A stretch of DNA of 64,000 nt from Eledone cirrhosa. Its lineage: Eukaryota. The stretch lies in contig OZ024740.1 in assembly GCA_964016885.1 (NCBI GenBank), positions 434,372,001 to 434,436,000 of the forward strand, in the 5' to 3' direction. The number at the start of each line of letters is the position of its first letter. Within the stretch, counting starts at the first letter, position 1. Of this stretch, positions 1 through 15,900 are shown piece after piece. A model generated the notes under the pieces. It was not told the DNA's origin. It saw only the letters and a program-made list of their open reading frames with translations, and did not search any database. Position numbers and translations under genes: made by a program.

Positions 1-992
1 GACTCTAGCTATATATAGGGTGTGATTTAATGGAGATTTGAATGATATTTCTAGCTATATTGAACCCAGGAGTTTCTGCTCCTTGACTCTAGCTATATAT
101 AGGGTGTGATTTAATGGAGATTTGACTGCTATTTCTAGCTATATTGAACCCAGGAGTTTCTGCTCCTTGACTCTAGCTATATATAGGGTGTGATTTAATG
201 GAGATTTGAATGATATTTCTAGCTATATTGAACCCAGGAGTTTCTGCTCCTAGACTCTAGCTATATATTAGGGGTGATGTGGTGGAGACTTGACTGCTAT
301 TTCTAGCTATATTGAACCCAGGAGTTTCTCCTCCTTGACTTTAGCTATATATAGGGTGTGATGTGATGGAGATTAAAACCGCTATTTCTAGCTATATTGA
401 ACCCAGGAGTTTCTGCTCCTAGACTCTAGCTATATATAGGGGATGATGTGGTGGAGACTTGACTGCTATTTCTAGCTATATTGAACCCAGGAGTTTCTGC
501 TCCTTGACTCTAGCTATATATAGGGGATGATGTGGTGGAGACTTGACTGCTATTTCTAGCTATATTGAACCCAGGAGTTTCTGCTCCTTGACTCTAGCTA
601 TATATTGGGGTGATGCGGTAGAGATTTGACTGCTATTTCTAGCTATATTGAACCCAGGAGTTTCTGCTCCTTGACTCTAGCCATATATAGGGGCGATGTG
701 GTGGAGATTTGACTGCTATTTCTAGCTATATTGAACCCAGGAGTTTCTGCTCCTTGACTCTAGTTTTATATTAGGGGTGATGTGGTGGAGATTTGACTGC
801 TATTTCTAGCTATATTGAACCCAGGAGTTTCTGCTCCTTGACTCTAGCTATATATAGGGTGTGATTTAATGGATATTTGACTGCTATTTCTAGCTATATT
901 GAACCCAGGAGTTTCTGCTCCTTCACTCTAGCTATATAGAGGGGGTGATGTGGTGGAGATTTGACTGCTATTTCTAGCTATATTGAACCCAG
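1..992. repeat. Satellite A, 84-bp unit, ~12 copies visible (runs off the window start)
   Basis: Unit GACTCTAGCTATATATAGGG(T/G)GTGAT..TGGAGATTTGACTGCTATTTCTAGCTATATTGAACCCAGGAGTTTCTGCTCCTT restarts at 1, 85, 169 and onward. TCTAGCTATAT occurs twice per unit. Confidence 0.97.
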
Positions 993-3900
993 TGTATGTC
1001 ATGGCTGTGACCTGTTGGTCATTGACATGGTGTATGTCATGGCTGTGACATGTTGGTCATCGACATGGTGTATGTCATGGCTGTGACCTGTTGGTCATTG
1101 ACATGGTGTATGTCATGGCTGTGACTTGTTGGTCATTGATATGGTGTATGTATGACTGACTTGTTGGTCATTGACATGGTGTATGTCATGGCTGTGACTT
1201 GTTGGACATTGACATGGTGTATATCATCACAGTGACTTGTTTGTCATTGACATGGTGTATGTAATGGCTCTGACTTGTTGGTCATTGACATGGTGTATGT
1301 CATGGCGGTGACTTGTTGGTCATTGACATGGTGTATGTCATGGCTGTGATTGTTGGTCATTGACATGGTGTATGTCATGGCTGTGACTTGTTGGTCATAG
1401 ACATGGTGTATGTCATGGCTGTGATTGTTGGTCAGTGACATGGTGTATATCATCACTTTGACTTGTTTGTCATTGACATGGTGTATGTCATGGCTGTGAC
1501 TTGTTGGTCATTGATATGGTGTATGTATGACTGACTTGTTGGTCATTGACATGGTGTATGTCATGGCTGTTACTTATTGGTCATTGACATTGTGTATGTC
1601 ATGGCTGTGACTTGTTGGTCATTGACATGGTGTATGTCATGGCTGTGACTTGTTGTTCATTGACATGGTGTATGTCATGGCTGTGACTTGTTGGTAATTG
1701 ACATGGTGTATATCATCACTGTGACTTGTTTGTCATTGACATGGTGTATGTAATGGCTGTGACTTGTTGGTCATTGACATGGTGTATGTCATGGCGGTGA
1801 CTTGTTGGTCATTGACATGGTGTATGTCATGGCGGTGACTTGTTGGTCATTGACATGGTGTATATAATCACTGTGACTTTTGGTCATTGACATGGTGTAT
1901 GTCATGGCTGTGATTGTTGTTCATTGACATGGTGTATGTCATAGCTGTGACTTGAAGGGTCATTGACATGTATGTCATGGCTGTGATTGTTGTTCATTGA
2001 CATAGTGTATGTCATGGCTGTGACTTGTTGGTCATTGACATGGTGTATGTCATGGCTGTGACTCTTGGTCATTGACATGGTGTATCTCATGGCTGTGACT
2101 TGTTGGTCATTGACATGGTGTATGTCGTGGCTGTGACTTGTTGGTCATTGACATGGTGTATGTCATGGCTGTGATTGGTGGTCAGTGACATGGTGTATTT
2201 CATGGCTGTGACTTGTTGGTCATTAACATGGTGTATGTCATGGCTGTGACTGTTGGTCATTGACATGGTGTATGTCATGGCTGTGATTGTTGGTCATTAA
2301 CATGGTGTATGTCATGGCTGTGACTGTTGGTCATTGACATGGTGTATGTCATGGCTGTGACTGTTGGTCATTGACATGGTGTATGTCATGGCTGTGATTG
2401 TTGGTCATTGACATGGTGTATATCATCACTGTGACTTGTTTATCATTGACATGGTGTATTTAATGGCTGTGACTTGTTGGTCATTGACATGGTGTATGTC
2501 ATGCGGTGACTTGTTGGTCATTGACATGGTGTATGTCATGGCTGTGATTGTTGGTCATTGACATGGTGTATGTCATGGCTGTGACTTGTTGGTCATTGAC
2601 ATGGTGTATGTCATGGCTGTGATTGTTGGTTAGTGACGTGGTGTATATCATCACTTTGACTTGTTTGTCATTGACATGGTGTATGTCGTGGCTGTGACTT
2701 GTTGGTCATTGACATGGTGTATGTCATGGCTGTGATTGGTGGTCAGTGACATGGTGTATTTCATGGCTGTGACTTGTTGGTCATTAACATGGTGTATGTC
2801 ATGGCTGTGACTGTTGGTCATTGACATGGTGTATATCATCACTGTGACTTGTTTGTCATTGACATGTTGTATGTAATGGCTGTGACTTGTTGGTCATTGA
2901 CATGGTGTATGTCATGGCGGTGACTTGTTGGTCATTGACATGGTGTATATAATCACTGTGACTTTTGGTCATTGACATGGTGTATGTCATGGCTGTGATT
3001 GTTGGTCATTGACATGGTGTATATCATGCCCGTTACTGTTGGTCATTGACATGGTGTATGTCATGGCTGTGACTTGTTCGTCATTGACTTGGTGTATGTC
3101 ATGGCTGTGACTTGAAGGGTCATTGACATGTATGTCATGGCTGTGATTGTTGTTCATTGACATAGTGTATGTCATGGCTGTGACTTGTTGGTCATTGACA
3201 TGGTGTATGTCATGGCTGTGACTCTTGGTCATTGACATGGTGTATGTCATGGCTGTGACTTGTTGGTCATTGACATGGTGTATGTCATGGCTGTGACTTG
3301 TTGGTCATTGACATCTATGTCATGGCTCTGACTTGTTGGTTATTGACATGGTGTATAACATGGCGGTGATTGTTGGTTATTGGCATGGTGTATGTCATGG
3401 CAGTGATTGTTGGTCATTGACATGGTGTATGTCATGGCTGTGATTGGTGGTCAGTGACATGGTGTATGTCATGGCTGTGACTTGTTGGTCATTAACATGG
3501 TGTATGTCATGGCTGTGACTGTTGGTTATTGACATGGTGTATGTCATGGCTGTGATTGTTGATCATTAACATGGTGTATGTCATGGCTGTGACTGTTGGT
3601 CATTGACATGGTGTATGTCATGGCTGTGACTGTTGGTCATTGACATGGTGTATGTCATGGCTGTGACTTGTTGGTCATTAACATGGTGTATGTCATGGCT
3701 GTGACTGTTGGTCATTGACATGGTGTATGTCATGGCTGTGACTGTTGGTCATTGACATGGTGTATGTCATGGCTGTGATTGTTGGTCATTGACATGGTGT
3801 ATGTCATGGCTGTGATTGTTGGTCATTAACATGGTGTATGTCATGGCTGTGACTGTTGGTCATTGACATGGTGTATGTCATGGCTGTAATTGTTGGTCAT

Positions 3901-6900
3901 TAACATGGTGTGTCATGGCTGTGACTGTTGGTCATTGACATGGTGTATGTCATGGCTGTGACTGTTGGTCATTGACATGGTGTATGTCATGGCTGTGATT
4001 GTTGGTCATTGACATGGTGTATGCCATGGTTGTGACTTGTTGGTCATTGACATGGTGTATTTCATGGCTGTGATTGGTGGTCATTGTCATGGAGTACGTC
4101 ATGGCTGTGATTGTTGTTCATTGAAATGGTGTATGTCATGGCTGTGACTTATTGGTCATTGGCATGGTGTATGTCATGGCTGTGACTTATTGGTCATTGA
4201 CATGGTGTATGTCATGGCTGTGACTTATTGGTCATTGGCATGGTGTATGTCATGGCTGTGACTGTTGGTCATTGACATGGTGTATGTCATGGCTGTGACT
4301 TGTTGGTCATTGACATGGTGTATGTCATGGCTGTGACCTGTTGGTCATTGACATGGTGTATGTCATGGCTGTGATTGTTGGTCATTGACATGGTGTATTT
4401 CATGGCTGTGACTTGTTGGTCATTGACATGGTGTATGTCATGGCTGTGATAGTTGGTCATTGACATGGTGTATGTCATGCCCGTTACTGTTGGTCATTGA
4501 CATGGCTGTGACTGTTGGTCATTGACATGGTGTATGTCATGGCAGTGATTGTTGGTCATAGACATGGTGTATGTCATGGCTGTGATTGATGGTCAATGAC
4601 ATTGTGTATGTCATCACCGTGACTTGTTGGTCATTGACATGGTGTATGTCATGGCTGTGACTGTTGATCATTGACATGGTGTATGTCATGGCTGTGACTT
4701 GTTGGTCATTGAGATGGTGTATGGCATGGCTATGACATGGTGTATGTCATGGTCGTGACTTGTTGGTCATTGACATGGTGTATGTCATGGCTGTGACTTC
4801 TTGGTCATTGCCATGGTGTATATCATCACTGTAACTTGTTGGTCATTGACATGTATGTCATGGCTCTAATTTGTTGGTCATTGACATGTTGTATGTCATG
4901 GCTGTGATTGTTGGTCATTGACATGGTGTATGTCATGGCTGTGACTTGTTGGTCATTGACATGTATGTCATGGCTGTGATTGTTGTTCATTGACATAGTG
5001 TATGTCATGGCTGTGACTTGTTGGTCATTGACATGGTGTATGTCATGGCTGTGACTTGTTGGTCATTGACATGGTGTATGTCATGGCTGTGACTTGTTGG
5101 TCATTGACATCTATGTCATGGCTCTGACTTGTTGGTTAGTGACATGGTGTATATCATGGCGGTGATTGTTGGTTATTCGCATGGTGTATGTCATGGCAGT
5201 GATTGTTGGTCATTGACATGGTGTATGTAATGGCTGTGATTGGTGGTCAGTGGCATGGTGTATGTCATGGCTGTGACTTGTTGTTCATTGACATGGTGTA
5301 TGTCATGGCTGTGACTTGTTGGTCATTAACATGGTGTATGTCATGGCTGTGACTGTTGGTCATTGACATGGTGTATGTCATGGCTGTGATTGTTGTTCAT
5401 TAACATGGTGTATGTCATGGCTGTGACTGTTGGTCATTGACATGGTGTATGTCATGGCTGTGACTGTTGGTCATTGACATGGTGTGTGTCATGGCTGTGA
5501 CTTGTTGGTCATTGACATGGTGTATGTCATGGCTGTGACTGTTGGTCATTGACATGGTGTATATCATGGCTGTGATTGTTGGTCATTGACATGGTGTATG
5601 ACATGGCTGTGACTTGTTGGTCATTGACATGGTGTATTTCATGGCTGTGATTGGTGGTCATTGACATGGAGTACGTCATGGCTGTGATTGTTGTTCATTG
5701 ACATGGTGTATGTCATGGCTGTGACTTATTGGTCATTGGCATGGTGTATGTCATGGCTGTGACTTATTGGTCATTGACATGGTGTATGTCATGGCTGTGA
5801 CTTATTGGTCATTGGCATGGTGTATGTCATGGCTTTGACTGTTGGTCATTGACATGGTGTATGTCATGGCTGTGACTTGTTGGTCATTGACATGGTGTAT
5901 GTCATGGCTGTGACCTGTTGGTCATTGACATGGTGTATGTCATGGCTGTGATTGTTGGTCATTGACATGCTTTATGTCATGGCTGTGACCTATTGGTCAT
6001 TGACATGCTGATTGTTGGTCATTGACATGGTGTATGTCATGCCCGTTACTGTTGGTCATTGACATGGCTGTGACTGTTGGTCATTGACATGGTGTATGTC
6101 ATGGCAGTGATTGTTGGTCATAGACATGGTGTATGTCATGGCTGTGATTGATGGTCAATGACATGGTGTATGTCATCACCGTGACTTGTTGGTCATTGAC
6201 ATGGTGTATGTCATGGCTGTGACTGTTGATCATTGACATGGTGTTTGTCATGGCTGTGACTTGTTGGTCATTGAGATGGTGTATGGCATGGCTATGACAT
6301 GGTGTATGTCATGGTCGTGACTTGTTGGTCATTGCCATGGTGTATATCATCACTGTAACTTGTTGGTCATTGACATGGTGTATGTCATGTCTGTGAATAT
6401 CGGACATTGACATGGTGTATGTCATGGCTGTGACTTGTTGGTCATTGACATGGTGTATGTCATGGCTGAGACTTGTTGGTCATTGACATGTATGTCATGG
6501 CTCTAACTTGTTGGTCATTGACATGTTGTATGTCATGGCTGTGATTGTTGGTCATTGAGATGGTCTATGTCATGGCTGTGATTGTTGGTCATTGACATGG
6601 TCTATGTCATGGCTGTGATTGTTGGTCATTGACACGGTGTATGTCATGGCTGTGACTGTTGGTCATTGACATGGTGTATGTCATGACTGTGACTTGTTGG
6701 TCATTGATATGGTGTATGTCATGACTGTGACTTCTTGGTCCTTGACATGGTGTATGTCATGGCTGTGACTTGTTGGTCATTGATATGGTGTATGTCATGG
6801 CTGAGACTTATTGGTCATTGACATGGTGTATGTCATGGCTGTCATTGTTGGTCATTGACATGCTGTATGTCATGGCTGTGATTTTTGGTCATTGACATGG

Positions 6901-9900
6901 TGTATGTCATGGCTGTGACTGTTGGTCATTGACATGGTATATGTCATGGCTGTGACTTGTTGGTCATTGACATAGTATATGTCATGGCCGTGACTGTTGG
7001 TCATTGACATGGTGTATGTCATGGCTGTGATTGTTCGTCATTGACATGGTGTATGTCATGACTGTGACTTGTTGGTCATTGACATGATGTAAGTCATGGC
7101 TGTGACCTGTTGGTTATTGTCATGGCTGTGACTTGTTGGTCATTGACATGGTGTATATCATGGCTGTGTCTTGCTGGTCATTGACATGTTGTATGCCATG
7201 GCTGTGACTTGTTGGTCATTGACATGGTGTATGTCATTGCTGTGACTTGTTGGTCATTGACATGATGTATGTCACGACTGTGACATGTTGGTCATTGACA
7301 TGGTGTATGTCATGGCTGTGACTTGTTGGTAATTGACATGGTGTATGTCATGGTTGTGATTGTTGGTCATTGACATGGTGTATGTCATGGCTGTGACTTG
7401 TTGGTCATTGACATGGTGTATGTCATGGCTGTGACTTGTTGGTAATTGACATGGTGTATGTCATGGTTGTGAGTGTTGGTCATTGACATGGTGTATGTCA
7501 TGGCTGTGACTTGATCGTCATTGACACGGTGTATGTCATGGCTGTGACTTGTTCGTCATTGACATGGTGTATGTCATGGCTGTGACTTGTTGGTCATTGA
7601 CATGGTGTATGTCATGGTTGTGACTGTTGGTCATTGACATGGTGTATGCCATGGCTGTGATTTTTGGTCATTGACATGGTTGTCTATTGTTGGTCATTGA
7701 GATCGTGTATGTCATGACTGTGACTTGTTTGTCATTGACATGGTGTATGTCATGGCTGTGACTTGTTGGTCATTGACATGGTGTATGTCATGGCTGTGAT
7801 TGTTGATCAGTGACATGGTGTATACCATCACTTTGACTTGTTTGTCATTGACATGGTGTATGTCATGGCTGTGACTTGTTGGTCATTGATATGGTGTATG
7901 TATGACGGACTTGTTGGTCATTGACATGGTGTATGTCATGGCTGTGACTTATTGGTCATTGACATGGTGTATGTCATGGCTGTGACTTGTTGGTCATTGA
8001 CATGGTGTATGTCATGGCTGTGACTTGTTGTTCATTGACATGGTGTATGTCATGGCTGTGACTTGTTGGTCATTGACATGGTGTATGTCATGGCTGTGAT
8101 TGTTGGTCATTGACATGGTGTATATCATCACTGTGACTTTTTTGTCATTGACATGGTGTATGTAATGGCTGTGACTTGTTGGTCATTGACATGGTGTATG
8201 TCATGGCGGTGACTTGTTGGTCATTGACATGGTGTATATAATCACTGTGACTTTTGGTCATTGACATGGTGTATGTCATGGATGTGATTGTTGTTCATTG
8301 ACATGGTGTATATCATGCCCGTTACTGTTGGTCATTGACATGGTGTATGTCATGGCTGTGACTTGAAGGGTCATTGACATGTATGTCATGGCTGTGATTG
8401 TTGTTCATTGACTTAGTGTATGTCATGGCTGTGACTTGTTGGTCATTGACATGGTGTATGTCATGGCTGTGACTCTTGGTCATTGACATGGTGTATGTCA
8501 TGGCTGTGACTTGTTGGTCATTGACATGGTGTATGTCATGGCTGTGACTTGTTGGTCATTGACATCTATGTCATGGCTCTGACTTGTTGGTTATTGACAT
8601 GGTGTATATCATGGCGGTGATTGTTGGTTATTGGCATGGTGTATGTCATGGCTGTGATTGGTGGTCAGTGACATGGTGTATGTCATGGCTGTGACTTGTT
8701 GGTCATTAACATGGTGTATGTCATGGCTGTGACTGTTGGTCATTGACATGGTGTATGTCATGGCTGTGATTGTTGGTCATTAACATGATGTATGCTATGG
8801 CTGTGATTGTTGGTCATTAACATGGTGTATGTCATGGCTGTGACTGTTGGTCATTGACATGGTGTATGTCATGGCTGTGACTGTTGGTCATTGACATGGT
8901 GTATGTCATGGCTGTGACTGTTGGTCATTGACATGGTGTATGTCATAGCTGTGATTGTTGGTCATTGACATGGTGTATGTCATGGCTGTGACTTGTTGGT
9001 CATTGACATGGTGTATGTCATGGCTGTGATTGTTGGTTAGTGACGTGGTGTATATCATCACTTTGACTTGTTTGTCATTGACATGGTGTATGTCGTGGCT
9101 GTGACTTGTTGGTCATTGACATGGTGTATGTCATGGCTGTGATTGGTGGTCAGTGACATGGTGTATTTCATGGCTGTGACTTGTTGGTCATTAACATGGT
9201 GTATGTCATGGCTGTGACTGTTGGTCATTGACATGGTGTATATCATCACTGTGACTTGTTTGTCATTGACATGTTGTATGTAATGGCTGTGACTTGTTGG
9301 TCATTGACATGGTGTATGTCATGGCGGTGACTTGTTGGTCATTGACATGGTGTATATAATCACTGTGACTTTTGGTCATTGACATGGTGTATGTCATGGC
9401 TGTGATTGTTGGTCATTGACATGGTGTATATCATGCCCGTTACTGTTGGTCATTGACATGGTGTATCTCATGGCTGTGACTTGTTCGTCATTGACATGGT
9501 GTATGTCATGGCTGTGACTTGTTGGTCATTGACATGGTGTATGTCATGGCTGTGATTGTTGGTTAGTGACGTGGTGTATATCATCACTTTGACTTGTTTG
9601 TCATTGACATGGTGTATGTCGTGGCTGTGACTTGTTGGTCATTGACATGGTGTATGTCATGGCTGTGATTGGTGGTCAGTGACATGGTGTATTTCATGGC
9701 TGTGACTTGTTGGTCATTAACATGGTGTATGTCATGGCTGTGACTGTTGGTCATTGACATGGTGTATATCATCACTGTGACTTGTTTGTCATTGACATGT
9801 TGTATGTAATGGCTGTGACTTGTTGGTCATTGACATGGTGTATGTCATGGCGGTGACTTGTTGGTCATTGACATGGTGTATATAATCACTGTGACTTTTG

Positions 9901-12900
9901 GTCATTGACATGGTGTATGTCATGGCTGTGATTGTTGGTCATTGACATGGTGTATATCATGCCCGTTACTGTTGGTCATTGACATGGTGTATGTAATGGC
10001 TGTGACTTGTTGGTCATTGACATGGTGTATGTCATGGCGGTGACTTGTTGGTCATTGACATGGTGTATATAATCACTGTGACTTTTGGTCATTGACATGG
10101 TGTATGTCATGGATGTGATTGTTGTTCATTGACATGGTGTATATCATGCCCGTTACTGTTGGTCATTGACATTGTGTATGTCATGGCTGTGACTTGAAGG
10201 GTCATTGACATGTATGTCATGGCTGTGATTGTTGTTCATTGACTTAGTGGATGTCATGGCTGTGACTTGTTGGTCATTGACATGGTGTATGTCATGGCTG
10301 TGACTCTTGGTCATTGACATGGTGTATGTCATGGCTGTGACTTGTTGGTCATTGACATGGTGTATGTCATGGCTGTGACTTGTTGGTCATTGACATCTAT
10401 GTCATGGCTCTGACTTGTTGGTTATTGACATGGTGTATATCATGGCGGTGATTGTTGGTTATTGGCATGGTGTATGTCATGGCTGTGATTGGTGGTCAGT
10501 GACATGGTGTATGTCATGGCTGTGACTTGTTGGTCATTAACATGGTGTATGTCATGGCTGTGACTGTTGGTCATTGACATGGTGTATGTCATGGCTGTGA
10601 TTGTTGGTCATTGACATGGTGTATGTCATGGCTGTGACTCTTGGTCATTGACATGGTGTATGTCATGGCTGTGACTTGTTGGTCATTGACATGGTGTATG
10701 TCATGGCTGTGACTTGTTGGTCATTGACATCTATGTCATGGCTCTGACTTGTTGGTTATTGACATGGTGTATATCATGGCGGTGATTGTTGGTTATTGGC
10801 ATGGTGTATGTCATGGCTGTGATTGGTGGTCAGTGACATGGTGTATGTCATGGCTGTGACTTGTTGGTCATTAACATGGTGTATGTCATGGCTGTGACTG
10901 TTGGTCATTGACATGGTGTATGTCATGGCTGTGATTGTTGGTCATAAACATGATGTATGCTATGGCTGTGATTGTTGGTCATTAACATGGTGTATGTCAT
11001 GGCTGTGACTGTTGGTCATTGACATGGTGTATGTCATGGCTGTGACTGTTGGTCATTGACATGGTGTATGTCATGGCTGTGACTGTTGGTCATTGACATG
11101 GTGTATGTCATGGCTGTGATTGTTGGTCATTAACATGGTGTATGTCATGGCTGTGACTGTTGGTCATTGACATGGTGTATGTCATGGCTGTGACTTGTTG
11201 GTCATTGACATGGTGTATGTCATGGCTGTGATTGTTGATCAGTGACATGGTGTATACCATCACTTTGACTTGTTTGTCATTGACATGGTGTATGTCATGG
11301 CTGTGACTTGTTGGTCATTGATATGGTGTATGTATGACGGACTTGTTGGTTATTGACATGGTGTATATCATGGCGGTGATTGTTGGTTATTGGCATGGTG
11401 TATGTCATGGCTGTGATTGGTGGTCAGTGACATGGTGTATGTCATGGCTGTGACTTGTTGGTCATTAACATGGTGTATGTCATGGCTGTGACTGTTGGTC
11501 ATTGACATGGTGTATGTCATGGCTGTGATTGTTGGTCATTAACATGATGTATGCTATGGCTGTGATTGTTGGTCATTAACATGGTGTATGTCATGGCTGT
11601 GACTGTTGGTCATTGACATGGTGTATGTCATGGCTGTGACTGTTGGTCATTGACATGGTGTATGTCATGGCTGTGACTGTTGGTCATTGACATGGTGTAT
11701 ATCATGGCTGTGATTGGTGGTCAGTGACATGGTGTATTTCATGGCTGTGACTTGTTGGTCATTAACATGGTGTATGTCATGGCTGTGACTGTTGGTCATT
11801 GACATGGTGTATATCATCACTGTGACTTGTTTGTCATTGACATGTTGTATGTAATGGCTGTGACTTGTTGGTCATTGACATGGTGTATGTCATGGCGGTG
11901 ACTTGTTGGTCATTGACATGGTGTATGTCATGGCTGTGATTGTTGGTCATTGACATGGTGTATGTCATGGCGGTGACTTGTTGGTCATTGACATGGTGTA
12001 TATAATCACTGTGACTTTTGGTCATTGACATGGTGTATGTCATGGATGTGATTGTTGTTCATTGACATGGTGTATATCATGCCCGTTACTGTTGGTCATT
12101 GACATGGTGTATGTCATGGCTGTGACTTGAAGGGTCATTGACATGTATGTCATGGCTGTGATTGTTGTTCATTGACTTAGTGTATGTCATGGCTGTGACT
12201 TGTTGGTCATTGACATGGTGTATGTCATGGCTGTGACTCTTGGTCATTGACATGGTGTATGTCATGGCTGTGACTTGTTGGTCATTGACATGGTGTATGT
12301 CATGGCTGTGACTTGTTGGTCATTGACATCTATGTCATGGCTCTGACTTGTTGGTTATTGACATGGTGTATATCATGGCGGTGATTGTTGGTTATTGGCA
12401 TGGTGTATGTCATGGCTGTGATTGGTGGTCAGTGACATGGTGTATGTCATGGCTGTGACTTGTTGGTCATTAACATGGTGTATGTCATGGCTGTGACTGT
12501 TGGTCATTGACATGGTGTATGTCATGGCTGTGATTGTTGGTCATTAACATGATGTATGCTATGGCTGTGATTGTTGGTCATTAACATGGTGTATGTCATG
12601 GCTGTGACTGTTGGTCATTGACATGGTGTATGTCATGGCTGTGACTGTTGGTCATTGACATGGTGTATGTCATGGCTGTGACTGTTGGTCATTGACATGG
12701 TGTATGTCATAGCTGTGATTGTTGGTCATTGACATGGTGTATGTCATGGCTGTGACTTGTTGGTCATTGACATGGTGTATGTCATGGCTGTGATTGTTGG
12801 TTAGTGACGTGGTGTATATCATCACTTTGACTTGTTTGTCATTGACATGGTGTATGTCGTGGCTGTGACTTGTTGGTCATTGACATGGTGTATGTCATGG

Positions 12901-15900
12901 CTGTGATTGGTGGTCAGTGACATGGTGTATTTCATGGCTGTGACTTGTTGGTCATTAACATGGTGTATGTCATGGCTGTGACTGTTGGTCATTGACATGG
13001 TGTATATCATCACTGTGACTTGTTTGTCATTGACATGTTGTATGTAATGGCTGTGACTTGTTGGTCATTGACATGGTGTATGTCATGGCGGTGACTTGTT
13101 GGTCATTGACATGGTGTATATAATCACTGTGACTTTTGGTCATTGACATGGTGTATGTCATGGCTGTGATTGTTGGTCATTGACATGGTGTATATCATGC
13201 CCGTTACTGTTGGTCATTGACATGGTGTATGTAATGACTGTGACTTGTTGGTCATTGACATGGTGTATGTCATGGCGGTGACTTGTTGGTCATTGACATG
13301 GTGTATATAATCACTGTGACTTTTGGTCATTGACATGGTGTATGTCATGGATGTGATTGTTGTTCATTGACATGGTGTATATCATGCCCGTTACTGTTGG
13401 TCATTGACATGGTGTATGTCATGGCTGTGACTTGAAGGGTCATTGACATGTATGTCATGGCTGTGATTGTTGTTCATTGACTTAGTGTATGTCATGGCTG
13501 TGACTTGTTGGTCATTGACATGGTGTATGTCATGGCTGTGACTCTTGGTCATTGACATGGTGTATGTCATGGCTGTGACTTGTTGGTCATTGACATGGTG
13601 TATGTCATGGCTGTGACTTGTTGGTCATTGACATCTATGTCATGGCTCTGACTTGTTGGTTATTGACATGGTGTATATCATGGCGGTGATTGTTGGTTAT
13701 TGGCATGGTGTATGTCATGGCTGTGATTGGTGGTCAGTGACATGGTGTATGTCATGGCTGTGACTTGTTGGTCATTAACATGGTGTATGTCATGGCTGTG
13801 ACTGTTGGTCATTGACATGGTGTATGTCATGGCTGTGATTGTTGGTCATTAACATGATGTATGCTATGGCTGTGATTGTTGGTCATTAACATGGTGTATG
13901 TCATGGCTGTGACTGTTGGTCATTGACATGGTGTATGTCATGGCTGTGACTGTTGGTCATTGACATGGTGTATGTCATGGCTGTGACTGTTGGTCATTGA
14001 CATGGTGTATGTCATAGCTGTGATTGTTGGTCATTAACATGGTGTATGTCATGGCTGTGACTGTTGGTCATTGACATGGTGTATGTCATGGCTGTGATTG
14101 TTGGTCATTAACATGGTGTATGTCATGGCTGTGACTGTTGGTCATTGACATGGTGTATGTCATGGCTGTGATTGTTGGTCATTAACATGATGTATGCTAT
14201 GGCTGTGATTGTTGGTCATTAACATGGTGTATGTCATGGCTGTGACTGTTGGTCATTGACATGGTGTATGTCATGGCTGTGACTGTTGGTCATTGACATG
14301 GTGTATGTCATGGCTGTGACTGTTGGTCATTGACATGGTGTATGTCATGGCTGTGATTGTTGGTCATTAACATGGTGTATGTCATGGCTGTGACTGTTGG
14401 TCATTGACATGGTGTATGTCATGGCTGTGATTGTTGGTCATTAACATGGTGTATGTCATGGCTATGACTGTTGGTCATTGACATGGTGTATGTCATGGCT
14501 GTCATTGTTGGTCATTGACATGCTGTATGTCATGGCTGTGATTTTTGGTCATTGACATGGTGTATGTCATGGCTGTGACTGTTGGTCATTGACATGGTAT
14601 ATGTCATGGCTGTGACTTGTTGGTCATTGACATAGTGTATGTCATGGCCGTGACTGTTGGTCATTGACATGGTGTATGTCATGGCTGTGATTGTTCGTCA
14701 TTGACATGGTGTATGTCATGACTGTGACTTGTTGGTCATTGACATGATGTAAGTCATGGCTGTGACCTGTTGGTTATTGTCATGGCTGTGACTTGTTGGT
14801 GATTGACATGGTGTATATCATGGCTGTGTCTTGCTGGTCATTGACATGTTGTATGCCATGGCTGTGACTTGTTGGTCATTGACATGGTGTATGTCATTGC
14901 TGTGACTTGTTGGTCATTGACATGGTGTATGTCACGACTGTGACATGTTGGTCATTGACATGGTGTATGTCATGGCTGTGACTTGTTGGTAATTGACATG
15001 GTGTATGTCATGGCTGTGACTTGATCGTCATTGACACGGTGTATGTCATGGCTGTGACTTGTTCGTCATTGACATGGTGTATGTCATGGCTGTGACTTGT
15101 TGGTCATTGACATGGTGTATGTCATGGTTGTGACTGTTGGTCATTGACATGGTGTATGCCATGGCTGTGATTTTTGGTCATTGACATGGTTGTCTATTTT
15201 TGGTCATTGAGATCGTGTATGTCATGACTGTGACTTGTTTGTTTTTGACATGGTGTATGTCATGGCTGTGACTTGGTCATTGATATGGTGTATGTCATGA
15301 CTGTGATTGTTGGTCATTGACATGATGTATGTCATGGCTGTGACTTGTTGGTCATTGACATGGTGTATGTCATGGCTGTGACTTGTTGGTCATTGACATG
15401 GTGTATGTCATGGCTGTGATTGTTGGTCAGTGACATGGTGTATATCATCACTTTGACTTGTTTGTCATTGACATGGTGTATGTCATGGCTGTGACTTGTT
15501 GGTCATTGACATGTATGTCATGGCTGTGATTGTTGTTCATTGACATAGTGTATGTCATGGCTGTGACTTGTTGGTCATTGACATGGTGTATGTCATGGCT
15601 GTGACTCTTGGTCATTGACATGGTGTATGTCATGGCTGTGACTTGTTGGTCATTGACATGGTGTATGTCATGGCTGTGACTTGTTGGTCATTGACATCTA
15701 TGTCATGGCTCTGACTTGTTGGTTAGTGACATGGTGTATATCATGGCGGTGATTGTTGGTTATTCGCATGGTGTATGTCATGGCAGTGATTGTTGGTCAT
15801 TGACATGGTGTATGTAATGGCTGTGATTGGTGGTCAGTGACATGGTGTATGTCATGGCTGTGACTTGTTGGTCATTAACATGGTGTATGTCATGGCTGTG

